The position numbers were made by a program, and so were the translations under genes. From positions 1 to 42,292 of IMG/VR virus record IMGVR_UViG_2651869755_000015: DNA of 42,292 nucleotides. One strand, 5' to 3'. Shown piece after piece: positions 34,574 through 42,292 of the stretch; positions within the stretch are counted from its first letter, which is position 1, and each line of letters opens with the position of its first letter. The notes beneath the pieces were generated by a model. It searched no databases. It saw nothing but the letters and a program-made list of their open reading frames with translations, and was not told the origin of the DNA. Source of the stretch: a virus (taxonomy: Duplodnaviria > Heunggongvirae > Uroviricota > Caudoviricetes).

Positions 34574-35057
34574 CTTTCACGACGAAATAGCAATTATCTT
34601 TATAATCTAACTGGATGAACTTTATGTTTTCAGGGAGTTTTACAGAAAGAGTTTTTGCACAAGCAAAACCAAAATCTGCGCCAGAAGCATCCATATACCT
34701 TAATAATTGTTTTAATGCTGAAGGAGAAAAAGTATCTACCTTCACCTCAACAGGGTAACCATCTTTTGTTTTTAGGTCTGGTTGACCTGGTCCACCAAGT
34801 ATTTCAGCGTTAAGGTATTTTGCTATTTCTGGATAAGCGTTGTATTCAGAGCGTAGTTTTGCCTTGTTATCGACTGCTAGTTGCATAAGATGATCAAACA
34901 AATTGGTATCTAAATCTGCCCCTTCATCCCACATTCTATTTCTACAGCTAATCAATTCACTGACCAGTGGTGCACTTTCTTGCCTTAGCATAAGAAGGAG
35001 TGGAGAATTAGAAATTAACCAATACAGATCGTCGTTTGAGATTTTTTGGCCTGGCAT
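34551..35057 (-). CDS. Hypothetical protein (168 aa) co-transcribed with antirepressor
   Basis: ORF with stop overlapping the ant start region. Confidence 0.45.
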   Translation of the reverse strand: MPGQKISNDDLYWLISNSPLLLMLRQESAPLVSELISCRNRMWDEGADLDTNLFDHLMQLAVDNKAKLRSEYNAYPEIAKYLNAEILGGPGQPDLKTKDGYPVEVKVDTFSPSALKQLLRYMDASGADFGFACAKTLSVKLPENIKFIQLDYKDNCYFVVKDGGNENA

Positions 35058-35211
35058 AGCGATACCTCTACTAGTAAGTTACCCACCACCGCAACGCCAA
35101 TTGCTGGTGGTGAACTGGACAAGGTTGGCGTACCGGCCTAGTAGGTACCGGCGCACCTTTCGGTGCCCCTGCCCAGCCCACCATAATTCGGATATGACTG
35201 TGCTATACGCA

Positions 35212-35235
35212 TAAAAAAACCACGTCTGGCGTGGT
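35212..35235 (-). terminator. Rho-independent terminator downstream of small antirepressor gene
   Basis: Minus strand ACCACGCCAGACGTGGT followed by TTTTTTT. Confidence 0.55.
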
Positions 35236-35325
35236 ATGCGCCTACTAGTAATCCGGGACGCCAATCCCGGCACTGGATTTTGCCAGTGCCTGATTACTAT
35301 GGCACAAGAGGAGTGCGATGTAAAT

Positions 35326-35340
35326 TTACCGCAAAGGTAA
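35326..35340. promoter_or_regulatory. Operator-like dyad TTACCGCAAAGGTAA
   Basis: Perfect dyad in the structured noncoding spacer 35058-35371. Confidence 0.5.
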
Positions 35341-35371
35341 ATATAAGCACTCCACTTGGTAATTGCAAACC

Positions 35372-35629
35372 TTATCTGGTTTGCTTTCGTAATTGTTCGG
35401 CACAATAGTCGAGATGTGTTTGCAGATCCTGCATAGACATCTGTGAGCTGGTGACGTAGTTAATCAGTGCAGTCAGTTCGGCAAGTGGGCCATCGACATT
35501 AAATCCATCCTTATCGAGATCCCGGAGTAATTTCATCAAGTGCGATCCCTCCACCAGTGACCTGACGCCTCCCGGCGTGTGAATCCTTTCGGTAAATCCG
35601 TCTTCCAGTGGATAGTGATACTGCTGCAT
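35372..35629 (-). CDS. Small antirepressor-like protein (homolog of Ant C-terminal domain)
   Basis: ATG at 35629 after GGAGAAG (track uses TTG at 35647); IHTPGGVRSLVEGSHLMKLLRDLDKDGFNVDGPLAELTALINYV aligns with IHSPSGVLGLTENSLLMNLLNQLQEDGHDVSGAAAELTTMFCYI of the 244-aa Ant; LexA box 22 bp upstream. Confidence 0.5.
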   Translation of the reverse strand: MQQYHYPLEDGFTERIHTPGGVRSLVEGSHLMKLLRDLDKDGFNVDGPLAELTALINYVTSSQMSMQDLQTHLDYCAEQLRKQTR

Positions 35630-35650
35630 CTTATCTTCTCCATGCAATAA

Positions 35651-35666
35651 CTGTATATTTATACAG
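35651..35666. promoter_or_regulatory. LexA (SOS) box CTGTATATTTATACAG
   Basis: AACTGTATATTTATACAGTA matches the E. coli LexA consensus TACTGTATATATATACAGTA at 18 of 20 positions, with perfect CTGT-N8-ACAG. Confidence 0.7.
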
Positions 35667-35705
35667 TATCAAATAATTTGTTTGCTATCCAGCACGTTTC
35701 GCAAA

Positions 35706-35720
35706 TTACCTGAAAGGTAA
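35706..35720. promoter_or_regulatory. Operator-like dyad TTACCTGAAAGGTAA upstream of tailspike
   Basis: Identical to 15602-15616; followed by CCATATGTGGTTTTTCAGGTAAT. Confidence 0.55.
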
Positions 35721-35824
35721 TATCTGTTCGTATTCACACCATTTCTATCCATATGTGGTTTTTCAGGTAATAGAATAACCAGATATGCGGCGCAACGGGT
35801 GCTGCGACTATCTGGAGATTTAAC

Positions 35825-38800
35825 ATGACGGTCTCAACCGAAGTTGACCACAACGAATACACAGGTAACGGCGTTACGACATCATTTCCGTATACCTTTA
35901 GGGTTTTCAAGGAATCTGATCTGGCAGTACAGGTGGTTGACCTTGACGAAAATATCGCTGTGCTGGCTCTTGATACTGATTACACTGTCACTGGGGCTGG
36001 TGGATATAATGGCGGTAATGTAATTCTGTCGAAGGCGTTAGCTAACGGTTATCAGATTTCTATATCACGAGAGCTACCAGTTACGCAGGAAACTGATCTG
36101 CGAAATCAGGGAAAGTTTTTCGCTGAGGTGCATGAAGACGCGTTAGATAAGCTGACGATGCTGATACAGCAAGTCCGCGGTTGGTTTAGCCTGGCGCTGC
36201 GCAAGCCATCATTTGTGGCAAACTATTACGATGCTTTGAATAATTACATCCGCAATTTGCGCGATCCTTCCAAGCCTCAAGATGCAGCTACAAAGAATTA
36301 TGTTGATAATATTGTTAATGTGAATATTAACAGGACATTACGGGTTCCAGATAATTTTATTGAACCACTTCCTCCAGTTCATTTACTGGAAGAAACTGTC
36401 ATTGGTATCGTCAATGGTAAACCTATAGGTGTACCTGTGCCTTCTGGCAGTGCCGCAGATGTTCTTCTGCAATTATCTAGCGCAGGAGAAGGAAAAGGTG
36501 ATGCATTAATTGGTGTAAGGCAGCCATTTGCCGGGGCTGTAACTATAACTCAGCATGAAAACAATGCTCTTTTCTTAAATGTAAAACAATTCGGAGCAAT
36601 TGGGGATGGGAAATATCATCCATTATCTGAGAGGTTTTCTTCAATTTCTGAAGCAAAATCCTTATATCCTTTTGTTGACTCATTATCTCAGTCAATAGAC
36701 TGGGCCGCGTGGCAAGCTGCCATTAACACAGGAAAGGTTATTTATGGTACTGATAATGCGTATGTAATAACGGATACGTTAACACCTGTTTCTGGTGGTG
36801 GGATAATTGGTCTTGGTGTGGGCAAATGGGTCTCCGGATATACTGCAACATTTGCTCCTGATATTACCACAGGGACCACATTCCTGATGTACGGTGTAGG
36901 AAATAAAAAATATACTGTAGATTGTGTTTCTAATATGGATGTTAGTGGTGGTGTGGTTTCTAATCCATCTTCCGAAGACCCGTATACAACAACGGCACCT
37001 GCGTCATCATATGATTTATTGGATTTTACTAACGGTGATGCTAATGGGGCTACAAGAGCCACGCTTAAACCATTCTCTGCCGCAATATTGATGCCAGAGA
37101 CAGGGTGTGTTCGCCTTGAGAACTTTCGTATTGTTCCATATTTCAATGGGCTGGATGGTTATAAAGACATTGCAAATACCGGTCTTGGCGATGAGTGGGA
37201 TGTAGGTATTTGGTCACGTGCGTCTTTTGGCAATGAATACCGCAATTTGCAGGTGGTTGGATACTGGCGCAAGACGGCACTTTTAAAAACGAACATTCCT
37301 GTATCTGGCACGCTGGCCGCTCAGGGCGAGGATGAAAACTATTATCACTGTAGATTCCAGGGATTCAAGGGTGTTTCGATCCGCGCCCATGATGTATTCC
37401 GAATTACAGCGGTAACGTCCAGCACTATCGAAATCCCATGGTCAGCAAGCCACACCTTCGAAACGTCCGGGGTTTTAAGATCGGGAGGCAGGAATTTCAC
37501 TTATTCAGGATTATCCGTATCCGGTGATAAGTTAGTATTTACTGGAGTGTCTAACGCTTCTGAGGCAACAGTAGGTTCTACTATACGGCGAAATGACATA
37601 GATAACTTTGGTATGGCGGGAACGCAATTTTTCGATTGCTACATTACCAGCCTGTATCACCACACACATCTGCTTGCCACATCGCAATACCTGTCTCAGC
37701 CATTCAGCCGGCCATCAGAGTGTATGGAGGTTTCAGGGGAACCAGTTCGCGGTGTACAGGTACATGCAGGAACCATTCAGGGATGGGATGATGTTCTTAT
37801 TCATCTACATGACTGTGGAAATATGAACTTTTACAGTACATATTTCGAAAGCCAGCCAGCATATGTAACTATAAATGGTGGTAATGCTATTGGTTATGGA
37901 GCACGTATGATAGCTTCCCGGCAATCAACAAGCTCATTACCATATGCAGCAGGGAATACTCGAGTGCTTAGAATGGTCGGGTGCTCTGAAGGCAATGGCG
38001 TTGACTGGGGTCCTGTATTTAACAACTATACAGGAGGAAGATATAATTCTGGAGACGGTGTATTTAACCCCCGCGATGCATTTATAGACCATAAATCTCT
38101 TCCTGAGCAGTCAGGAGGTGAGTCAAGACTCGTATCACAAAAAGGAAATGCCAGAGTAGTATGTGGTGTTGGTAAAACTGTACTGCTTGGACCAACGTCA
38201 GGAGATTGTAATTTACAGAGCAATACTGGAAGTTTAAATATTAGAAGTGGGATAAGAGTAAGAATCGGTCACGCTGATGGAACAGACTGGTGGTTGGCAG
38301 ATGCTAATAAAATAGCTCCTGTTGATGATAATGTTAAAGCTATTGGACAGCCATCAAACAGATGCTCTGTTATCTATGCAGGAACCGGGTCAATCAATAC
38401 GTCAGATGAAACTCTTAAAACAAGATATGATATTCTTAATGCAGAGCGTAATGCCGCTATTGAAATAAAGTCAGTCATCTATAAATTTAAATTTAATGAC
38501 TCAATTAATCACAAAGGAATTGAGTCGTCCAGGTATCATTTTGGCGTTGGCGCTCAAACCGTAGGGGATATTCTTAGAAAGCATGGTTTAAACCCGGAGC
38601 AATATGCTTTTTGGTGTTACGATGAATGGCCTGACGTATGGGATGAAGAGGTGATAACTGAAGAGAGCACAGATCCTGATACAGGTGAGAAAATTTATTC
38701 TCAATATAAAACAGGAGATATGATTCTTGTAAAAAAAGCAGGAGGACGCTACGGAATTCGTTATGACGAATTAGCCATGTTTATATTAATGTCAATGTAA
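35825..38800 (+). CDS. Tailspike/tail fibre with T7 gp17-like N-terminal adaptor and C-terminal intramolecular chaperone-like domain
   Basis: 991 aa; N-terminus TGNGVTTSFPYTFRVF...DTDYTV parallels the recalled T7 gp17 N-domain; Gly/Thr/Ser-rich central region; C-terminal ~150 aa resemble auto-cleaving chaperone (S74-like) domains. Confidence 0.75.
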   Translation: MTVSTEVDHNEYTGNGVTTSFPYTFRVFKESDLAVQVVDLDENIAVLALDTDYTVTGAGGYNGGNVILSKALANGYQISISRELPVTQETDLRNQGKFFAEVHEDALDKLTMLIQQVRGWFSLALRKPSFVANYYDALNNYIRNLRDPSKPQDAATKNYVDNIVNVNINRTLRVPDNFIEPLPPVHLLEETVIGIVNGKPIGVPVPSGSAADVLLQLSSAGEGKGDALIGVRQPFAGAVTITQHENNALFLNVKQFGAIGDGKYHPLSERFSSISEAKSLYPFVDSLSQSIDWAAWQAAINTGKVIYGTDNAYVITDTLTPVSGGGIIGLGVGKWVSGYTATFAPDITTGTTFLMYGVGNKKYTVDCVSNMDVSGGVVSNPSSEDPYTTTAPASSYDLLDFTNGDANGATRATLKPFSAAILMPETGCVRLENFRIVPYFNGLDGYKDIANTGLGDEWDVGIWSRASFGNEYRNLQVVGYWRKTALLKTNIPVSGTLAAQGEDENYYHCRFQGFKGVSIRAHDVFRITAVTSSTIEIPWSASHTFETSGVLRSGGRNFTYSGLSVSGDKLVFTGVSNASEATVGSTIRRNDIDNFGMAGTQFFDCYITSLYHHTHLLATSQYLSQPFSRPSECMEVSGEPVRGVQVHAGTIQGWDDVLIHLHDCGNMNFYSTYFESQPAYVTINGGNAIGYGARMIASRQSTSSLPYAAGNTRVLRMVGCSEGNGVDWGPVFNNYTGGRYNSGDGVFNPRDAFIDHKSLPEQSGGESRLVSQKGNARVVCGVGKTVLLGPTSGDCNLQSNTGSLNIRSGIRVRIGHADGTDWWLADANKIAPVDDNVKAIGQPSNRCSVIYAGTGSINTSDETLKTRYDILNAERNAAIEIKSVIYKFKFNDSINHKGIESSRYHFGVGAQTVGDILRKHGLNPEQYAFWCYDEWPDVWDEEVITEESTDPDTGEKIYSQYKTGDMILVKKAGGRYGIRYDELAMFILMSM

Positions 38801-38813
38801 TAATAAATGCAAT

Positions 38814-38845
38814 AACCCCGAATAAAACAGCGGGGTTATTGTTAT
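38814..38845 (+). terminator. Rho-independent terminator after tailspike
   Basis: Stem AACCCCG/CGGGGTT followed by T-rich tract. Confidence 0.55.
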
Positions 38846-39206
38846 TATAATAATGCTCTTAACTTCTTAAATGATATTTATATGCACTTAGATTATTAAA
38901 TCTATATTATGCCTGTTATTTATGTGTTCTGTTATATGTTTTGCAGGCACTGTTGGCAGCATTAAAGGAAATTGTATTTATGGCGAAATAGCTGGTATCG
39001 TGTTTTTATTGTGCGTAAAAATAACAGACTGCATATATTATTGTATAAAGTTTTGGAAATGAAAACACTCAAACTTACCGCTGTGGATATGTTTTGACCA
39101 TCGCGAATTGGATTGGTAATATTGGGTAACAAAAAACCATAAATGGTTTATCATGCGTAATGCTTTACTGTTCAGGAGGTAGTTATGCATATAAACGGTG
39201 GAAAAC

Positions 39207-39611
39207 ATGTCAGCTCAACTAACCAGTGAAACTTTAAATCAGTGGCTTAGCATGAGTTCTTTGGCGGCAGTGATAGCAGGAGTTCCTCCTGAGGTTGCTT
39301 TGGGGTCTTTGGCTGGGGCGGTGATTTTTGTTACCTCTGCGGTAGAGTATCCCATTCGTCGTCGCGTGCTCTTGTCGATGCTTAGCTTTCTCTGCGGACT
39401 TCTATTCTACAAACCAGCAGCATCAATTCTTATCGGCATAGCCAGCCTGATCCCTACAATCACACAGGATTCTTTCGAGAAAGGGATTGTTTTCTCTGCC
39501 GGTGCATTTGTGTCAGCAATCGTCGCTGTGCGAATTGGGATCTGGCTCTATCACCGTTCCGATAATCCACGCGAGTTAATTCCGGGGAGAAAAGACGATG
39601 GTAACTCATGA
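39207..39611 (+). CDS. Multi-pass membrane protein (holin/antiholin candidate)
   Basis: About 4 hydrophobic segments; first gene of the lysis cluster; start uncertain (GTG 39198 or ATG 39207). Confidence 0.4.
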   Translation: MSAQLTSETLNQWLSMSSLAAVIAGVPPEVALGSLAGAVIFVTSAVEYPIRRRVLLSMLSFLCGLLFYKPAASILIGIASLIPTITQDSFEKGIVFSAGAFVSAIVAVRIGIWLYHRSDNPRELIPGRKDDGNS

Positions 39612-39906
39612 GCTTTTTTTGCTTATCACCAATGCGGTTATTTGCGCCGGTATAGCAGTTCGAGTTGCCACATTTCGGAGAAACGGTTCTCAACACAGGC
39701 GATGGGGTGGGTGGCTTGCTTATTTCCTGATTGTTGCTGCGGCCAGCATTCCAGTTCGTGTCGCTTATGCAATCTGGTTACGCACGCCAATGGCTGTGGA
39801 TTTATCTGAGGTCATTATCAACGCTGTCATGCTTGCCGCGGTTATTAAAACACGCGGTAACGTTGTTCAGATTTTCAAAATATCGAGGTCTAAACATGGA
39901 GATTAA
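39598..39906 (+). CDS. Holin-like membrane protein
   Basis: 102 aa with about 3 TM segments, basic C-terminus; overlaps endolysin start by 11 nt. Confidence 0.5.
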   Translation: MVTHELFLLITNAVICAGIAVRVATFRRNGSQHRRWGGWLAYFLIVAAASIPVRVAYAIWLRTPMAVDLSEVIINAVMLAAVIKTRGNVVQIFKISRSKHGD

Positions 39907-40525
39907 ACAATTCCAGCGAGCTGCTGGTATTAGCGAGGCGCTGGCCGCACGCTGGTTCTCGCATATAACTTCTGCGATGAAAGAGTTTGGTATCAGCAAA
40001 CCAGAAGATCTGGCAATGTTTATTGCTCAGGTCGGGCATGAGTCTGTGGGCTTCACCCGGTTGCAGGAGAATTTCAACTACAGCGTCAGCGGACTGGCTA
40101 ACTTCGTTCGGGCTGGGCGTCTCACTCAGGGGCAGGCTAATGCACTGGGGCGACGTGCTGGTGAGCCACCATTGCCACTCGAGCGCCAGCGAGCGATCGC
40201 CAATCTGGTGTACAGCAAACGCATGGGGAACAATGCCCCTGGTGACGGCTGGAACTACCGTGGGCGCGGACTTATCCAGATTACCGGTTTGAATAACTAT
40301 CGTGACTGTGGAAACGGTCTTAAGGTTGACCTGCTGGAGAGTCCTGAACTGCTGGCGCAGGACGAATACGCGGCTCGTAGCGCGGCGTGGTTCTTCTCCA
40401 GCAAAGGCTGCATGAAGTATACCGGAGATATTGCACGTGTAACTCTGCTTATCAATGGTGGCCGGAACGGCATTGATGACCGGCGCGCGCGATACATAAC
40501 TGCCAGTAAGGTGCTGGCGGTATGA
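39896..40525 (+). CDS. Endolysin, glycoside hydrolase family 19 (chitinase-like lysozyme)
   Basis: ATG at 39896 after GAGG; GH19 signature [15 protein letters not shown]. Confidence 0.8.
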   Translation: MEIKQFQRAAGISEALAARWFSHITSAMKEFGISKPEDLAMFIAQVGHESVGFTRLQENFNYSVSGLANFVRAGRLTQGQANALGRRAGEPPLPLERQRAIANLVYSKRMGNNAPGDGWNYRGRGLIQITGLNNYRDCGNGLKVDLLESPELLAQDEYAARSAAWFFSSKGCMKYTGDIARVTLLINGGRNGIDDRRARYITASKVLAV

Positions 40526-41004
40526 TCTGGGCATTCGCAAAAGCATACTGGAAACAGTTGGTTATCATGGCGATGCTTGCTGTTCTGGTCATATCAGGAG
40601 TTGTAGCCTGGAATGCACACGGCAGTCGTCAGTACGATGCCGGGTATGCGCAGGCGAAGGAAGACCGCAAAGCTGAAGATGAGATAGTTCGTCAGCACTA
40701 CGAACAGGAGAAATCGATCAATGAACGTGAAGCGCAGCAGAGGATCGACCAGGCGCGCAATGATGCTCTTGATGCTGCCGCTCGCGCTGGCCGGTTGCAG
40801 CAACAACTCTTTGCCATCCGTGAGCAGCTCAGGCAGTATAACGCCATTGTCGGCGCTGGGACGTCAGCCGCAGACACCGGAGTTTTGCTTGCCGACGTGC
40901 TCAGCAAATCTCTCGAGAGAAACAGACAACTGGCAGAGTATGCTGACCGGGCAGCCGAAGCCGGAAGAGTCTGCGAAAAACAATACGACACCCTGACCAG
41001 ATAG
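40522..41004 (+). CDS. Rz-like inner-membrane spanin (i-spanin)
   Basis: N-terminal TM ([18 protein letters not shown]) then coiled-coil periplasmic domain; 4-nt overlap with endolysin. Confidence 0.65.
   Translation: MIWAFAKAYWKQLVIMAMLAVLVISGVVAWNAHGSRQYDAGYAQAKEDRKAEDEIVRQHYEQEKSINEREAQQRIDQARNDALDAAARAGRLQQQLFAIREQLRQYNAIVGAGTSAADTGVLLADVLSKSLERNRQLAEYADRAAEAGRVCEKQYDTLTR
40760..40996 (+). CDS. Rz1-like outer-membrane lipoprotein spanin (o-spanin), embedded in Rz in another frame
   Basis: Lipobox [11 protein letters not shown] followed by a short Pro-containing peptide; entirely inside the Rz-like gene. Confidence 0.6.
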   Translation: MMLLMLPLALAGCSNNSLPSVSSSGSITPLSALGRQPQTPEFCLPTCSANLSRETDNWQSMLTGQPKPEESAKNNTTP

Positions 41005-41153
41005 CATGGCATTTTTCATGGTACTGATTTCCGGTGACGGTATATAAAACGGTACTAGAAAAATGAAGTTTTGGAAAAATGTTATCACTCAATTAGTTAT
41101 GATTGTCGTAAATAATTGAGTGGGAATGATTTGACCCTGCACTATGAATGAAC

Positions 41154-41183
41154 AAAACCCTCTGTTACTACAGAGGGTTTTTT
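41154..41183. terminator. Bidirectional rho-independent terminator at right end of lysis cassette
   Basis: AAAACCCTCTG-TTACTA-CAGAGGGTTTTTT: A-run, 7-bp stem, T-run. Confidence 0.6.
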
Positions 41184-41221
41184 ATCTTCAAGAATTATAG
41201 GATTGAAGTTACTAACATCGA

Positions 41222-41761
41222 TTAATTAAACCAGCTGTCCGATTTGTTCTCTTCTGCTTTGCCCACGCTTTTCATCAGATCGCGACCGCCTTCAGTCATA
41301 TTTCTGTTGGCGTCAGCTTCAGATTGCACCACATCGGTTTGCGCAGCTTTGTGCTTCAGTTCCTGATCGATAAATTCGTTTTCTCGCTTAACGCGGGCTT
41401 CTTCTTTCGCCAGCGCCAGTTTTTGTTTCTGAATCTCTAAGCTGCGTAGCTCATCTTCATAACTTTGATCGCGTTTTTTGTCCGCAGAGGCTTCGGCGTC
41501 CAGTTTATCCTGACGAGCTTTCTTATTTGCCGCTGCCGTTGCCGCTCTTTTGTTAGCGGCGGCCTGGGCATTTGCGCGACGTTGCTTCTCTTGCTGGATT
41601 TCCCTGTTGCGCTCCGCGACCCATTCGTCATGCTGCCTTTGCTCTTCATTTTTACCTTGCTGTTCCGCTTCTGCGACAGCAGAGAGTTGATCCTGCAATG
41701 ATGAGGCGATAGCCGGATAGCTTAAGGAGGCTAAGATGGCGCAAAGAAAAACTTTCTTCAT
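41222..41761 (-). CDS. Secreted coiled-coil protein (signal peptide), cargo or host-flank gene
   Basis: MKKVFLCAILASLSYPAIASS signal-peptide-like, then highly charged Ala/Lys/Glu/Gln-rich helix-forming sequence. Confidence 0.5.
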   Translation of the reverse strand: MKKVFLCAILASLSYPAIASSLQDQLSAVAEAEQQGKNEEQRQHDEWVAERNREIQQEKQRRANAQAAANKRAATAAANKKARQDKLDAEASADKKRDQSYEDELRSLEIQKQKLALAKEEARVKRENEFIDQELKHKAAQTDVVQSEADANRNMTEGGRDLMKSVGKAEENKSDSWFN

Positions 41762-41776
41762 GACTCCTCCTGATTA

Positions 41777-42292
41777 TTAGCTCTTTTCAGGACATTTGGT
41801 ATTTGGCTGAATACGCGTTTCGTTATACGTCGTGGTAATAACAACGGCTAAACCTGTCGTAAACTGGCACTCTTTACCCACCTGGGTAGAGGTATACACT
41901 TTGGTGCCTTCCTTATAGGTTAAAGAAACACCTTCCACTAAGGTTTTATCATTCACCATAGAACCCGCTGCCGCGCCTACAGCTCCGCCGCCAACTGCAC
42001 CTGCCGTCGTTCCGGAATTGCTGCCAGACCCGACGTTGTGGCCGATAACACCGCCAGCGACTGCGCCAATAAGCGCGCCGAAGGCTTGTGCGTTCCGTTT
42101 ATTTTGGGAGTTGTCTACGGCAACTTTTGCGGGAAGAATGGAAATAATATTAACGGTTTTAGTTTCTTGTTTGGTATTCAGTTGATCGGTTTGATAAACA
42201 TCGGCAGCATGATCGTCAGCATTTGACTGGCATCCTGCCAGAGTGAATGACGCTAACATTGCCACAGGCAGAAGACATTTTTTAAATTTCAT
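41777..42292 (-). CDS. Lipoprotein with glycine-zipper motif, cargo or host-flank gene
   Basis: Lipobox FTLAGC; GALIGAVAGGVIGHNVG...GAVGGGAVGAAAG glycine zipper; start codon at the last base of the window. Confidence 0.55.
   Translation of the reverse strand: MKFKKCLLPVAMLASFTLAGCQSNADDHAADVYQTDQLNTKQETKTVNIISILPAKVAVDNSQNKRNAQAFGALIGAVAGGVIGHNVGSGSNSGTTAGAVGGGAVGAAAGSMVNDKTLVEGVSLTYKEGTKVYTSTQVGKECQFTTGLAVVITTTYNETRIQPNTKCPEKS

Noticed and set aside
35058-35371. Retron-like ncRNA hypothesis for the hairpin-rich spacer
   Set aside because: No reverse transcriptase gene anywhere in the window and no flanking a1/a2 repeats identified.
35079-35405. 108-aa minus-strand ORF across the structured spacer in the antirepressor region
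   Set aside because: Runs through a terminator hairpin and operator dyad and overlaps the 3' end of the small antirepressor gene; more likely noncoding regulatory sequence.
39185-39229. 14-codon mini-ORF (MHINGGKHVSSTNQ) right after the AGGAGG at 39175-39180
   Set aside because: Strong Shine-Dalgarno but very short and out of frame with the membrane-protein ORF; could be a leader peptide but there is no further support.
1-42292. CRISPR arrays
   Set aside because: No regularly spaced short direct repeats with unique spacers were seen; the only repeat arrays are the intragenic iterons and the dispersed palindromes.

Overview
This window looks like a near-complete temperate prophage (about 41 kb), read from an integrase at the left edge to a lysis cassette at the right. 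All calls below are from reading the sequence and ORF track by eye; no database search was run. Layout: (1) 1-5.4 kb, integrase, a leftward operon with a lambda-PPase-like phosphatase, an MT-A70-type adenine methyltransferase, an AlpA/Xis-like protein, and a Red-beta/RecE-like recombination pair; (2) 5.5-6.6 kb, an immunity region with a 194-aa tandem-HTH repressor that has no obvious LexA-like autocleavage domain, three operator palindromes and a divergent Cro-like gene; (3) 6.9-12.4 kb, lambda O/P-like replication genes with an intragenic iteron array, then early accessory genes including a candidate TGT/DpdA-like transglycosylase; (4) 12.5-31.4 kb, small and large terminase, a moron plus tRNA-Arg(UCU), then a podovirus-type (T7-like) morphogenesis block (portal, scaffold, capsid, two tail proteins, five internal virion proteins including one with a lytic transglycosylase domain); (5) 31.4-35.7 kb, an accessory region with an AT-rich secreted/membrane-protein cassette, an ORF6N antirepressor, and a small antirepressor-like gene behind a near-consensus LexA box; (6) 35.8-41.0 kb, tailspike and lysis genes (holin-like, GH19 endolysin, Rz with embedded Rz1); (7) 41.2-42.3 kb, two minus-strand envelope-protein genes of uncertain origin. 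The most interesting signals are a TTACC-N5-GGTAA palindrome at about eleven intergenic sites across the prophage, a 14-bp perfect palindrome (TGTGACATGTCACG) found three times at cargo boundaries, the SOS-linked antirepressor arrangement, and the low-GC membrane-protein cassette in the position where P22-like phages carry sieA.
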